Counted from the first letter of the stretch, positions 27,981 to 37,983 are shown. The stretch: 64,000 nucleotides of DNA from an uncultured Bacillales bacterium (GCA_942493185.1 OW818673.1:1823517-1887516); one strand, 5' to 3'. Notes: a model not told the origin generated them from the letters alone. Program-made: numbers and translations.

Positions 27981-29246
27981 ATGGATGAACTAAGAATGCA
28001 CCGAACCATTCTGTGTATTGACTTAAAAAGCTTTTATGCATCGGTTGAATGTAGTTTGTTAGGTCTTGATCCATTTAAAACCCCATTGGTCGTTGCGGAC
28101 TATGCCCGCGGCGGTGGCTCAATCGTCTTAGCCGTCTCCCCCTATCTCAAAAAATTTGGTGTCCCAAGTCGCTGCCGTATCTTTGAATTGCCCACCAACA
28201 TTAAAATCATCTTTCAAAAACCCCGAATGGAAAAGTATTTGGAATATTCGACAAAAATCGTAGAAATTTATATGCGATATCTGTCCGAAGAAGATCTTTA
28301 TGTTTATTCGGTTGATGAAGTCTTCTTAGATTTCACGGACTATCTGGAATACTACCATAAAAACGATATTGAAATTGCGAAAATGATTATGGCGGAAATT
28401 TATAAAGAGACGAAGGTCTATTCGACGTGTGGTATTGGTCCTAATATGCTGATGGCGAAACTGGCCTTAGACATTGAGTCGAAACATTCTCCCGATTTCA
28501 TTGCTAAATGGGATTACGAAGACCTTCCGCAAAAACTATGGCCCATTACTCCGCTTTCAGAAATGTGGGGCATTGGTCATAACATGGAAGCCCATCTCAA
28601 TAAAATGGGACTGTATAAAATTGGTGACATTGCCAAATACGACGTCGCCAAATTAAAACGCAAATTCGGCATCATTGGTGAAGAACTTTATTACCATACC
28701 CATGGCATCGATTCAAGCTTGGTTCAGGATAAAAATAAAGTAAAACCCATTTCTAAAAGTTATGGAACTGGGCAAACCCTATTTAGGGATTATTTTCCTC
28801 CCGATGTTTATCAAATCATTTTAGAATTGGTCGATGACGTCAGTCACCGACTAAGAAGAAGTCAAAAACAGGCTAAAACCGTCCATTTTGGCATTGGTTA
28901 TAGCAAGGAATCGGGCGGTGGATTCTCCCGCCAATTCACACTTGCACAACCCACCGCCAGCGAAAGCGAAATCTACAAGGCCTGTTTACACCTGTTCAAT
29001 CTTTACTATGAACGTGAACCGATTCGTCGTGTTCACGTCAGCGTCACCAATCTTATTAGCCAACCGGACGTTCAAATGAGTCTTTTTGAAGACGTCAATA
29101 AAGCCATTAAGGAAGCAGAAGTCTTTTCGGCAATTGATGAAGTCAAATTTAGATTTGGTAAAAACGCCGTCAATCGCGCTTCAAGCGAATTAAAAGCTTC
29201 CACCGTCAAAGCTCGTAATGACATGATTGGAGGCCACCATGCTTAA
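27981..29246 (+). CDS. Y-family (translesion) DNA polymerase, UvrX/YqjW-like
   Basis: IDLKSFYASVE and SVDEVFLD catalytic motifs. The ATG at 27981 is preceded by a gggaggtg RBS. Confidence 0.88.
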   Translation: MDELRMHRTILCIDLKSFYASVECSLLGLDPFKTPLVVADYARGGGSIVLAVSPYLKKFGVPSRCRIFELPTNIKIIFQKPRMEKYLEYSTKIVEIYMRYLSEEDLYVYSVDEVFLDFTDYLEYYHKNDIEIAKMIMAEIYKETKVYSTCGIGPNMLMAKLALDIESKHSPDFIAKWDYEDLPQKLWPITPLSEMWGIGHNMEAHLNKMGLYKIGDIAKYDVAKLKRKFGIIGEELYYHTHGIDSSLVQDKNKVKPISKSYGTGQTLFRDYFPPDVYQIILELVDDVSHRLRRSQKQAKTVHFGIGYSKESGGGFSRQFTLAQPTASESEIYKACLHLFNLYYEREPIRRVHVSVTNLISQPDVQMSLFEDVNKAIKEAEVFSAIDEVKFRFGKNAVNRASSELKASTVKARNDMIGGHHA

Positions 29247-29568
29247 AACCTATGTTGATCGAGGCATTATCAAATGGAACGCGTTTGATGCACTGGTTGG
29301 ATACTCTTCGATGCTTGAAGAAATGCGATACCGTTTAGGAAAGAAAGAACGTCCCGTTTTGAGTGATGATGATTATGAACAATTGAACCGCGACTTAATC
29401 AACGCCATGCAAGATCGTCTTGAAATCGAAATTCGATATTTTCATGACGGTTATGCACGTTTCACGTATGGAACGATAAAACGCGTGGATTATACCAACC
29501 GTGAAATCGTCTTATCGACGATGGAACGTTTAAAAGCGGAAGACATCATTGGAATGACCATCCTATGA
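29239..29568 (+). CDS. YolD-like protein (accessory partner of Y-family polymerases)
   Basis: About 109 aa. It overlaps the polymerase stop by 8 nt. GIIKWNAF and the EIRYF...G..., REIVL pattern resemble YolD-like proteins, which sit downstream of uvrX/yqjW in Bacillus. Confidence 0.65.
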   Translation: MLKTYVDRGIIKWNAFDALVGYSSMLEEMRYRLGKKERPVLSDDDYEQLNRDLINAMQDRLEIEIRYFHDGYARFTYGTIKRVDYTNREIVLSTMERLKAEDIIGMTIL

Positions 29569-29646
29569 TGTCTTTTTTATAGGAGTCTGTATAAAAGCAA
29601 AACGGTCTATGATAAAATAATCAAAGAAAGATGCGGGTGTTACGCC

Positions 29647-30507
29647 ATGACGACCATCAAAGCTTACGCAAAAGTTAATTTATTTCTCAATGTTGTGGGA
29701 CTAAGAAACGACCATTATCATGATTTAGAGATGATTAACGCCAAAATCGATTTGGCGGACGTTTTGCATTTTTGCGACACCCAATCGAACAATCAAGTGA
29801 CCATCCATTCGAATGATCTCTTCTTAGAAAATCAACCAAACCTATTAAAAAAAGTCGCAACCTATATGATGGAACATTATGCCAAAAATCATCAACTTGA
29901 GATAACCGTCGAAAAAAACATTCCTGCCGGTGCGGGTTTAGGCGGAAATAGCGCTGATGCGGCGGCGATTATCAAAGGTATTAATCAACTTTATCACTTA
30001 AATTTATCAAACGAGGAAATGCGTTTAATCGGACGCCTTTTTGGAGCGGATATTCCCTATTGCTTAACCGAGGGGTTTGCGAAAGTGACCGGCATCGGTG
30101 ATGTCATCGAACCCCTCCAGTTTTCTTTAGACGGATATAAAGTTTTGGTCTTAAAACCAAAGGCGTTTGTTAAAACAGAGGACGTCTTTAACTTGGGGGA
30201 TGCGATGGGATTTGAGCATCAGGCGATAGCTCCCATTTTAGCAGCGATAAAGTCCAAAAATATCCCACGGTTTTTATCCAACATGCGTAACGGACTTGAA
30301 AAAATAACGTTTTTGTTAAGTCCAGAAACCTTGGAAGCGAAACAATTAATCGTTCGCGAATTGGGGCCTGACGGAGCGATTATGAGCGGAAGCGGGTCGA
30401 CAATTATTAAGATAATTAGCGAGAAAGATGAAAGAATCTCATCATTTATCGCTAAAAACGCTGAAAAATACACCATATTTCTCACAAATATCATCAATAA
30501 CGAATAA
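29647..30507 (+). CDS. ispE: 4-diphosphocytidyl-2-C-methyl-D-erythritol kinase
   Basis: 286 aa with AYAKVNLFLNV and the GHMP kinase motif IPAGAGLGGNSADAAA. Confidence 0.93.
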   Translation: MTTIKAYAKVNLFLNVVGLRNDHYHDLEMINAKIDLADVLHFCDTQSNNQVTIHSNDLFLENQPNLLKKVATYMMEHYAKNHQLEITVEKNIPAGAGLGGNSADAAAIIKGINQLYHLNLSNEEMRLIGRLFGADIPYCLTEGFAKVTGIGDVIEPLQFSLDGYKVLVLKPKAFVKTEDVFNLGDAMGFEHQAIAPILAAIKSKNIPRFLSNMRNGLEKITFLLSPETLEAKQLIVRELGPDGAIMSGSGSTIIKIISEKDERISSFIAKNAEKYTIFLTNIINNE

Positions 30508-30534
30508 AAAGGGCTTTTAAATCGCTATATCTCG

Positions 30535-30543
30535 TGATATAAT
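30535..30543 (+). promoter_or_regulatory. Extended -10 (TGATATAAT) upstream of spoVG
   Basis: Exact 9-mer 20 nt upstream of the spoVG ATG region. Confidence 0.5.
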
Positions 30544-30562
30544 CAAAGAAAGAGGTGGTAAT

Positions 30563-30835
30563 ATGAAGATAACAGAAGTACGTGCTAAGAGAGTTAATGG
30601 AGAGAACCGTTTAGTCGGAATTGCCGCCATTACCATTGATGAGTGCTTCGTCGTTCATGAACTGCGCATTATTGAGGGAAAAGACGGGTTGTTTGTTGCA
30701 ATGCCAAGTCGGAAAATGCCGAATGGTGAGTTCAAGGACGTTGCCCACCCCATTAATACCGAAACCAGAAGCCAAATTGAAAATGCTGTGTTAGAAGCGT
30801 TCAATCAACTTCCGGCCATTAAAGTAGAAGAATAA
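30563..30835 (+). CDS. spoVG: Regulatory protein SpoVG
   Basis: 90 aa. MKITEVRAKRV...GIAAITIDECFVVHELRIIEGKDGLFVAMPSRK is the canonical SpoVG sequence. Confidence 0.95.
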   Translation: MKITEVRAKRVNGENRLVGIAAITIDECFVVHELRIIEGKDGLFVAMPSRKMPNGEFKDVAHPINTETRSQIENAVLEAFNQLPAIKVEE

Positions 30836-30850
30836 GCATTGCACCCAAGA

Positions 30851-30884
30851 GTGCCCACTTTTTTTGAAAGTTGGCACTTTTTTA
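30851..30884 (+). terminator. Rho-independent terminator after spoVG
   Basis: Stem gtgcccac / gttggcac (one mismatch) followed by T6. Confidence 0.6.
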
Positions 30885-30943
30885 ATTGAGTGGATTGTTA
30901 TATAATATAGTGTGGTAAAAAAACATATCGATGGAGGAATAAG

Positions 30944-31894
30944 ATGGCGATTTTTCACGGATCAAAAGTAAAGATTTTCTCGCTTAGCTCGAATTTAGAA
31001 CTGGCTCAGGAAATTGCAGATTATATTGGCATTCCACTTAGCGATTGCGAGGTATCACGTTTCGCTGACGGCGAAATCAACATTAACATTTCCGAAACAG
31101 TGCGAGGACACAAAGTATTTGTCGTTCAATCGACTTCGGCTCCGGTCAACGAACACGTTATGGAGCTTTTGATTATGATTGATGCACTCAAGCGTGCATC
31201 CGCAAGAGAAATTAACATTGTCATGCCTTATTATGGTTATTCACGTCAAGACCGAAAAGCAAAAGCGCGTCAACCTATTTCTGCAAAATTAATGGCAGAC
31301 TTACTCCAAGTTGCCGGAGCGACTCGGGTCATTTGTGTGGACTTACATGCCGCACAAATCCAAGGTTTCTTTAATATTCCCATCGATAATTTCCGTTCCA
31401 TGCCGATTATTGCGGAATACATCAAAGGCAAGAACATCAAAAACATGGTTGTCGTATCGCCAGACCATGGCGGCGTTGCTCGTGCAAGAGCCCTTGCGGA
31501 CACCCTGAATTCACCTATCGCCATTATCGATAAAACGCGTCCGGAACCAAACGTTGCGGAAGTTATGAATATCATTGGTAGTGTCAAAGGGAAAAACTGT
31601 GTCATTTTTGATGATATGATTGATACCGCCGGGTCCATCGTTGCGGCTGCGAATGCTTTAAAAGAAGCTGGCGCAAAAGACATTTGGGCGTGCTGCACGC
31701 ATCCCTTATTATCTGGTCCCGCCGTTGAACGCATTACGAACTCGCCGTTAATCGAAATGATTTGCACCAACACCGTTCGGTTACCAGAAGAAAAGAAATT
31801 CCCCAAATTGGTTCAACTATCGATTGCACATTTATTAGGACAAGGGATCATTAACATTGTTGATGATCAAGGCGTTTCGACATTATTTAGTTAA
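30944..31894 (+). CDS. prs: Ribose-phosphate pyrophosphokinase
   Basis: 316 aa with [21 protein letters not shown] and the PRPP-binding loop [11 protein letters not shown]. Confidence 0.97.
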   Translation: MAIFHGSKVKIFSLSSNLELAQEIADYIGIPLSDCEVSRFADGEININISETVRGHKVFVVQSTSAPVNEHVMELLIMIDALKRASAREINIVMPYYGYSRQDRKAKARQPISAKLMADLLQVAGATRVICVDLHAAQIQGFFNIPIDNFRSMPIIAEYIKGKNIKNMVVVSPDHGGVARARALADTLNSPIAIIDKTRPEPNVAEVMNIIGSVKGKNCVIFDDMIDTAGSIVAAANALKEAGAKDIWACCTHPLLSGPAVERITNSPLIEMICTNTVRLPEEKKFPKLVQLSIAHLLGQGIINIVDDQGVSTLFS

Positions 31895-31901
31895 CGACAT
31901 C

Positions 31902-31936
31902 AACACATCCTCATCCATTGGGGGTGTGTTTTTTCA
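31902..31936 (+). terminator. Rho-independent terminator after prs
   Basis: Stem aacacatcc / ggggtgtgtt followed by a T-run. Confidence 0.6.
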
Positions 31937-31996
31937 ATTAGGTCGCAATTATTGGATGTGTCTTTACAAAAAACACTTCTATGATATAATAGGTAT

Positions 31997-32217
31997 AAAT
32001 CGAAGAACGGAAAAGTATGATTAATCGGGTTTTTAGCGAGTGAGGGCGGGTGCGAGCCTCATACGATGATTTTTCAGAAGAACACCGGGAGAGACAGAAG
32101 AATTTAGTAGACCTGTTCGCATTGTCTGCGTTATGGACTTTAAGAGCCAGATTTTTGGAACAAAGGTGGTACCGCGGTCGTTATTGATCGTCCTTCTAAG
32201 TGAGGACGATTTTTTTT
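31997..32217 (+). ncRNA. T-box riboswitch leader, probable Asn (AAC) specifier
   Basis: Promoter TGATATAAT at 31982-31990. AG-box agcga (32035-32039). Distal-loop motif ggtgcga. Candidate specifier AAC at 32081-32083 followed by A. F-box-like gcgtta. Canonical T-box aaaggtggtaccgcg at 32162-32176. Terminator stem atcgtcct (32187-32194) / aggacgat (32203-32210) plus T7. Confidence 0.88.
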
Positions 32218-32237
32218 ATTTTTAAGGGGGTGGTTTT

Positions 32238-32915
32238 ATGAAACTAATTGATCAAATCAATCAATTTAGAAGGATTAATGATCCTAAACGAGAAATCGTC
32301 GGTCCTGAAGGATATTACCTCATTGGGGTTCGGGCAGATGATTTGAATCGAGTCGCGAAAACAAACGCTAAAACAACCACTCTTTCCGAATTGTCCGAAT
32401 TAATTGCCTCACCCGTCTTTGATTACCGTGAACTTGCCTTAAAAATCATGGTTGAAAAGATGGCAAAAGCCAATGATGACGAACAAAAACAACTCTATGA
32501 TTTTTATCGATTGAATCAACGTTTCATCAATAGTTGGGGCTTGGTCGACATTGCGGCGCATTATGTGGTTGGACGATATCTGTACAACCAGAAAAACTAT
32601 CAACCCCTATTTGAAATGGTTCATTCCGACGATTTATGGACCAAACGCATTTCAATCGTATCGACTTGGTGGTTGATTCGCAAAGGCGAATTACATATCC
32701 CACTACAGATTATCGAACTAGCATTAAATGACTCACGAGATCTCATTCATAAAGCCATGGGATGGATGCTCCGCGAAGTCGGTAAACGAAATCTTGATTT
32801 GTTAAACACCTTCATTAAAGAACATTATCACCAATTACCCAGAACCACATTGCGTTATGCCATTGAACGCCATGACGAAATCGTTCGTCAGGCGATATTG
32901 AAAGGAATATTATAG
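32238..32915 (+). CDS. DNA alkylation repair protein (AlkD/AlkC-like HEAT-repeat family)
   Basis: 225 aa. WGLVD, WTKRISIV, HKAMGWMLREVGKR and RYAIE motifs are typical of the DNA alkylation repair enzyme family. Confidence 0.8.
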   Translation: MKLIDQINQFRRINDPKREIVGPEGYYLIGVRADDLNRVAKTNAKTTTLSELSELIASPVFDYRELALKIMVEKMAKANDDEQKQLYDFYRLNQRFINSWGLVDIAAHYVVGRYLYNQKNYQPLFEMVHSDDLWTKRISIVSTWWLIRKGELHIPLQIIELALNDSRDLIHKAMGWMLREVGKRNLDLLNTFIKEHYHQLPRTTLRYAIERHDEIVRQAILKGIL

Positions 32916-32924
32916 GAGAAATAT

Positions 32925-34310
32925 ATGAAAACCCTCGTCAAACAATTGTACACAGATTATCAAAAATTAGCGAACACAACCGTTACGTTATCGGGTTGGG
33001 TTAGAAACAACCGAGCTCAAAAAGAATTTGGATTTATTGATTTAAACGATGGATCATTCTTCGAGACGATTCAAGTCGTCTATGAATCAAAATTACCATT
33101 ATTCAAAGATATTCAAAAATTCAGAGTTGGTGCTTCTATCGAAGTCACCGGTGTTTTAACATTGACACCAGAAATGAAACAACCCTTTGAAATCAAAGCG
33201 GATTCAGTGGTTCTTTTAGGCGATAGCCCCGAAGATTATCCCATTCAACCGAAACGTCATTCCCGTGAATTTCTCCGTGAAAATGCGCATCTAAGAATGA
33301 GAACCAACTTATTTAGTGCCGTGTTCCGCGTCCGTTCATTGATTAGTTTTGCAATTCATCAATTCTTCCAAGAACAAAACTTTGTATATGTTCATACGCC
33401 CATCATCACCGGTTCTGATGCTGAAGGGGCAGGAGAAATGTTTAGAGTCACAACGCTTGACCTTGATGAAATCGTTAAAAAAGGTGAAAAGGTGATTGAT
33501 TACGGAAAAGACTTTTTCGGTAAATCAACCAACTTAACCGTATCGGGTCAGTTACAAGTTGAAACCTATGCCATGGCATTTCGTAACGTCTATACTTTTG
33601 GACCCACGTTCCGTGCTGAAAACTCCAACACCCAAAGACACGCTTCCGAGTTTTGGATGGTTGAACCGGAAATCGCCTTTGCTGATATCAAAGACGATAT
33701 GAGACTTGCTGAATCGATGGTCAAATACGTCATAGGATATATTCTCGCAAAAGCCCCAGAAGAGATTGCGTTTTTTGATGCGTTTGTCGAAAAAGGCTTA
33801 AAAGCGAAATTAGAACAAGTCGTTCATTCTACATTCAAATCCGTGACCCATCACGACGCGATCGATATATTGATTGCGAGCGGTGAGTCTTTTGAAAACA
33901 AACCCGAACACGGTGAAGATTTGGCAACCGAGCACGAAAAGTACTTAACCAAACATTTCGGCGGTCCGGTTTTCGTCATCGATTGGCCCAAAGAGATTAA
34001 AGCGTTCTATATGCGTTTGAACGATGACCAAAAAACCGTAGCCGCTATGGATTTATTGGTTCCTGGCGCTGGCGAACTCATTGGTGGATCACAACGTGAG
34101 GAACGGTTAGATTTGTTAGAAAAACGGATGAAAGAGATGCATGTTCCCAAAGACGATTTATGGTGGTATCTCGATTTGCGTAAATACGGCGGATGCAAAC
34201 ATGCCGGATTTGGACTTGGTCTTGAACGCATGGTGATGTACGTCACCGGTGTTGATAACATCCGTGACGTTATCTCCTTCCCAAGAACACCGAAGAACTG
34301 CGAATTTTAA
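32925..34310 (+). CDS. asnS: Asparagine--tRNA ligase
   Basis: 461 aa, class IIb aaRS. N-terminal OB domain (GWVRNNR), motif 2 [21 protein letters not shown], motif 3 [10 protein letters not shown]. Confidence 0.96.
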   Translation: MKTLVKQLYTDYQKLANTTVTLSGWVRNNRAQKEFGFIDLNDGSFFETIQVVYESKLPLFKDIQKFRVGASIEVTGVLTLTPEMKQPFEIKADSVVLLGDSPEDYPIQPKRHSREFLRENAHLRMRTNLFSAVFRVRSLISFAIHQFFQEQNFVYVHTPIITGSDAEGAGEMFRVTTLDLDEIVKKGEKVIDYGKDFFGKSTNLTVSGQLQVETYAMAFRNVYTFGPTFRAENSNTQRHASEFWMVEPEIAFADIKDDMRLAESMVKYVIGYILAKAPEEIAFFDAFVEKGLKAKLEQVVHSTFKSVTHHDAIDILIASGESFENKPEHGEDLATEHEKYLTKHFGGPVFVIDWPKEIKAFYMRLNDDQKTVAAMDLLVPGAGELIGGSQREERLDLLEKRMKEMHVPKDDLWWYLDLRKYGGCKHAGFGLGLERMVMYVTGVDNIRDVISFPRTPKNCEF

Positions 34311-34350
34311 TAATGACTATTCAATCAAATCAACATAAAGGAGGCGTCCA

Positions 34351-35835
34351 ATGAAAAAGCACCTCATCTTTTGGCTCTCGTTGCTTTTGTTGTTTTCACT
34401 CTTCGGTTGTACTGAAAAAACAACGACAGACGTTACCGACACAACCACCGGGTGGCATTATACCTATACTCCTTCCGATCAAACATATGGAGAACAAATT
34501 GCGGTTTATGCCAATACGTATAATATTGCTTTGTTCTTAACGGAAAATCCATCGACGTCTATGGGCATCAATTTTGAACTTCCTGAGGATGGACCGGGGT
34601 TCGTTGAATACAGAATCTTAGGAACCACCGGACCTACAACCGTCGTCTACACGACAAAAAAAATCAATACCGTCGGTCGAAAAACGGTTTATCACTATGA
34701 AACTGTTTTGACAAATTTAACGCCGGGAACCACCTATGAATATCGAATTTTTAACGAATCAAGAAGCATCGTCAGCGATGCGCACCAGTTCGTAACCCCT
34801 CAAGAAACCCCCACCGATTTTTCATTCATGGTTCTGGCTGACCCTCAAGAAACGTCAGAACTGGGGTACATGGCGTTCGCTCATGCGGTCTTAAATGTGA
34901 TGGATGAGGTCACCCAAAAACCAGACTTCATGATGTTTGTTGGAGACGTTGTCAATGACTCTGATGTGCGCAGCCAATGGAATGCTTTATTCAAATATTC
35001 CTCGATGTTTATCTATGACACACCCATCATCGCAACGACCGGAAACCACGATATTGCGGGCATTTCCGGAGCGAGAATGACGGACATAGAATTTGATGGC
35101 TACTTTAATCTTCCCAATAACGGTCCGACCTACAACGCGTTTGATGAGCTTGAATCAGATGTCCGCCCTGCCAATTTTGACGATGGAAAAACCTATAGCA
35201 TCACCTATGGTAATACTCACTTTGTTGCCATCAATACCGAAACATTGTGTGATGGAACCACGGCATGTGCGAGCAACGATACTTCCAATGTTCAACAATT
35301 AAAAGAATGGTTGAACGCCGATTTATCCGCCAATGAGTCAAAATGGACCATCGTCTTTATGCACAGGGGACCTTATACATTGTCTTATAATACCTACATG
35401 GTTCGTCAAGAACTTGTTCCAATTTTTGAAGCACATCAGGTTGATTTGGTATTTTCAGGCCATGATCATCAGTACTCGCGTTCGGTTTACATTGAGACAA
35501 ATATGGTTCCGTTTAAACGCGGTGATGTGTATGCAAGAGGAAGCTTGCTCCTTGATCCATCGGATTTGCTCGATTCGCATTTTAACAATTATTCATCTTC
35601 CCTTGGCGTAACTTATGTGGTAGGAAATACAGCCAGCACGAAATTTTATGGTGGCGATAAAGCCTCAGGCATTCCGGTTCAATATCGCTACATCGAAGAA
35701 AACCCAGTGATTCCACATGTCATAGTTTCAGATTCATCGATACAAGTATTTGCCTATGGGTTGTTAAAAAGCAACGCAATCCAAATCGAAGTCGATGAAG
35801 TTTATCTCTTAGAAAGTTTTACCATCACCAAATAA
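34351..35835 (+). CDS. Lipoprotein metallophosphoesterase (purple-acid-phosphatase-like)
   Basis: 494 aa. Lipobox LFGC plus a Thr-rich linker. N-terminal PAP-like beta domain (TPGTTYEYR). Calcineurin-like motifs: ADPQ, GDVVND, GNHD, HRGPY, GHDHQYSR. Confidence 0.82.
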   Translation: MKKHLIFWLSLLLLFSLFGCTEKTTTDVTDTTTGWHYTYTPSDQTYGEQIAVYANTYNIALFLTENPSTSMGINFELPEDGPGFVEYRILGTTGPTTVVYTTKKINTVGRKTVYHYETVLTNLTPGTTYEYRIFNESRSIVSDAHQFVTPQETPTDFSFMVLADPQETSELGYMAFAHAVLNVMDEVTQKPDFMMFVGDVVNDSDVRSQWNALFKYSSMFIYDTPIIATTGNHDIAGISGARMTDIEFDGYFNLPNNGPTYNAFDELESDVRPANFDDGKTYSITYGNTHFVAINTETLCDGTTACASNDTSNVQQLKEWLNADLSANESKWTIVFMHRGPYTLSYNTYMVRQELVPIFEAHQVDLVFSGHDHQYSRSVYIETNMVPFKRGDVYARGSLLLDPSDLLDSHFNNYSSSLGVTYVVGNTASTKFYGGDKASGIPVQYRYIEENPVIPHVIVSDSSIQVFAYGLLKSNAIQIEVDEVYLLESFTITK

Positions 35836-35839
35836 AACA

Positions 35840-35878
35840 AAAAAGGTATTCGGATGTGAACCGGATACCTTTTCTTTT
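35840..35878. terminator. Bidirectional terminator between convergent genes
   Basis: 9-bp stem ggtattcgg / ccggatacc (one G-U pair) flanked by an A-run and a T-run. Confidence 0.7.
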
Positions 35879-35885
35879 GATTAAG

Positions 35886-36836
35886 TTACTTTTTAAGTGA
35901 TTCGATAACGCCAGTAGCGAGACCAACCATTCCTTGTAAATCGGAAGGAATGATAATCTTTGTGGCTTGACCTTGTGCAATCTTTTCCATCGATTTGTAA
36001 GCTTCGAGGGTAAGATAAGCTTGGCTGGCTTTAGCATCATTGATTAATTGAATACCTTTTGCGATGGCTTCTTGAACTTTTAGAATAGCTTCTGCTTGTC
36101 CTTCAGCTTCACGAATGGCAGCTTCTTTTTTAGCCTCAGCTCTTAAAATTGCGGATAATTTTTCGCCTTCGGCTTCCAATACAGAAGAAGCTTTTTTACC
36201 TTCAGCGATAAGGATTGACTCACGGCGTTCACGTTCAGCGCGCATTTGTTTTTCCATGGCTTCACGAATTTCTTTAGGCGGGATAATATTTTTAACTTCA
36301 ACACGGTTGATTTTGATACCCCATGGGTCCGTTGCTTCATCAAGAATAACTCTCATTTTTTCGTTGATGAGGTCGCGGCTGGTGAGGGTTTCATCCAATT
36401 CGAGATCACCGATGATGTTACGAAGGGTGGTAGCCGTCAAATGTTCGATTAACATACCAGGATTTTCAGCACCGTATACGAATAATTTCGCATCGGTAAT
36501 TTGCATGAAGACGACGGTGTCGATTTGCATTGTGACGTTATCTTTCGTAATAACGGCTTGAGGAACGAAATCGAGTACTTGTTCTTTCAAAGTGATGGAT
36601 TCCATGATTTGTCCGCGAGCATTATAGGTTTTTTTAATTCTGTCTACGAATGGAATCAAAAAGTGTAGTCCGGCAATCCAAGTGGTATCATAACGGCCCC
36701 AACGTTCAATTACGACGACCGTTGCTTGTGGAACGATGCGAATACGAGATCCAAAGAATACAAGAACAATAATTGCGACAACAATTAAAACAACAAGACC
36801 AAATTCAGATAAAGCAAGAAAAGCTGGTGTGAACAT
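35886..36836 (-). CDS. SPFH/band-7 (stomatin/flotillin-like) membrane protein
   Basis: 316 aa with an N-terminal TM helix, an SPFH core (RIVPQATVVVIERWGRY...) and an Ala/Glu-rich coiled-coil tail. Confidence 0.9.
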   Translation of the reverse strand: MFTPAFLALSEFGLVVLIVVAIIVLVFFGSRIRIVPQATVVVIERWGRYDTTWIAGLHFLIPFVDRIKKTYNARGQIMESITLKEQVLDFVPQAVITKDNVTMQIDTVVFMQITDAKLFVYGAENPGMLIEHLTATTLRNIIGDLELDETLTSRDLINEKMRVILDEATDPWGIKINRVEVKNIIPPKEIREAMEKQMRAERERRESILIAEGKKASSVLEAEGEKLSAILRAEAKKEAAIREAEGQAEAILKVQEAIAKGIQLINDAKASQAYLTLEAYKSMEKIAQGQATKIIIPSDLQGMVGLATGVIESLKK

Positions 36837-36868
36837 TTGAAACCTCCTATTTTAATTTTTTTTATTTA

Positions 36869-37537
36869 TTAGTAACCGTAACCGGTTTTGACAACGGACA
36901 TTTTTAAGAATAAATCACGTAGGGTACTTTTGTTCTTGGTAAAGGTGATTAATATTAAATCGATGGCAAGCGATAACAAGAATAATGCTGCCCCGGCGTA
37001 CATACTGACAGAGAAAACCAATACGATGAAGAAGTATTTTAATACAACATCATGGAAGAAGATTGAGATGGGATTAACCGGGCCTTCCAATTTGACTTGC
37101 ATCAAACGTCTACCCATTGTTTTTGCATTAAACGCCAAACTGTATACGGCGGTTAAAATCAGGAACCCGATGGAGAAGTAGTAGATACAAGATAAGAAAT
37201 AACCTGTTAATGGCTTATTATAAGGTTCAATATCAACAATATTTTGAGCATCGAGCATGGCTTTCTTAGAAGCATACGTTGCTTGCGCAGCGGCTTCTAG
37301 ATCAGCGTCCCCATCCGCAATTTCTAACGCGGCGGTGTACTCGGTGGTAATATTTTCTAAATCGACATTATAGGAATCAATAATTTCGTTATAAACGGTG
37401 AAAATCTCTGTAAAATTGGGGGTTTGATTACGAATAATCGAACGTCCAAACAGATAGAACGTTGAAACAACAACCACAAACACAATGACGAGGTCTACCA
37501 GTGAAGACAACGCCCGTTTCATAAATCCAGCATTCAT
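36869..37537 (-). CDS. RDD-family-like polytopic membrane protein
   Basis: 222 aa. MKRALSSLVDLVIV... resembles the N-terminal signature of the RDD domain. There are three or more hydrophobic helices. The start overlaps the NfeD stop (TAATG). Confidence 0.55.
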   Translation of the reverse strand: MNAGFMKRALSSLVDLVIVFVVVVSTFYLFGRSIIRNQTPNFTEIFTVYNEIIDSYNVDLENITTEYTAALEIADGDADLEAAAQATYASKKAMLDAQNIVDIEPYNKPLTGYFLSCIYYFSIGFLILTAVYSLAFNAKTMGRRLMQVKLEGPVNPISIFFHDVVLKYFFIVLVFSVSMYAGAALFLLSLAIDLILITFTKNKSTLRDLFLKMSVVKTGYGY

Positions 37538-37983
37538 TATAGTTTTTTGACCACAAGTTTTACGCCATCAATGGCTAAAACTTCCACTTTCTCATTGATT
37601 TCAATGGTATCATTGGCAATAGCCGTCCAAATTTTTCCATCAATTTTGACTTCGCCACGTTCATCGGGGGTTATTTTTTTTATACAAAACGCATTTTTAC
37701 CGATTAAACGGTCAGCGTTGGTTCTAACTTCGTTCTTCTTAAGATATTTTTTGAAGATGGGACGAAGAAAGATGAGCATCAAAGCCGAGACAATCGTGAA
37801 AGCCAAGAATTGAGCTGCAAGGCTGTTTGGAAAGATAATGGCGATGAGTAAAGAAATGAGAGCGCCACCGGAGAACCAAATGCTGGTCAAATCCATGGTA
37901 GAGGCCTCGATGACACCTGCAAATACGAATACGGCAGCCCAAATAATGATCATGGTGTCGGTGATTCCAAGCGCGAAAAACAT
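37537..37983 (-). CDS. NfeD-family membrane protein
   Basis: N-terminal TM helices plus a C-terminal OB-like domain (GEVKIDGKIWTAIA...VEVLAIDGVKLVV). I prefer the ATG at 37983, 7 nt downstream of an aaggagggt RBS, over 38013. Confidence 0.85.
   Translation of the reverse strand: MFFALGITDTMIIIWAAVFVFAGVIEASTMDLTSIWFSGGALISLLIAIIFPNSLAAQFLAFTIVSALMLIFLRPIFKKYLKKNEVRTNADRLIGKNAFCIKKITPDERGEVKIDGKIWTAIANDTIEINEKVEVLAIDGVKLVVKKL

Noticed and set aside
31270-31806. 178-aa minus-strand ORF
   Set aside because: It is antisense to prs, whose motifs are unambiguous. It is a typical shadow ORF.
36115-36561. 148-aa plus-strand ORF
   Set aside because: It is antisense to the SPFH gene. Its Ser/Arg-rich translation mirrors the Ala/Glu-rich coiled coil on the other strand.
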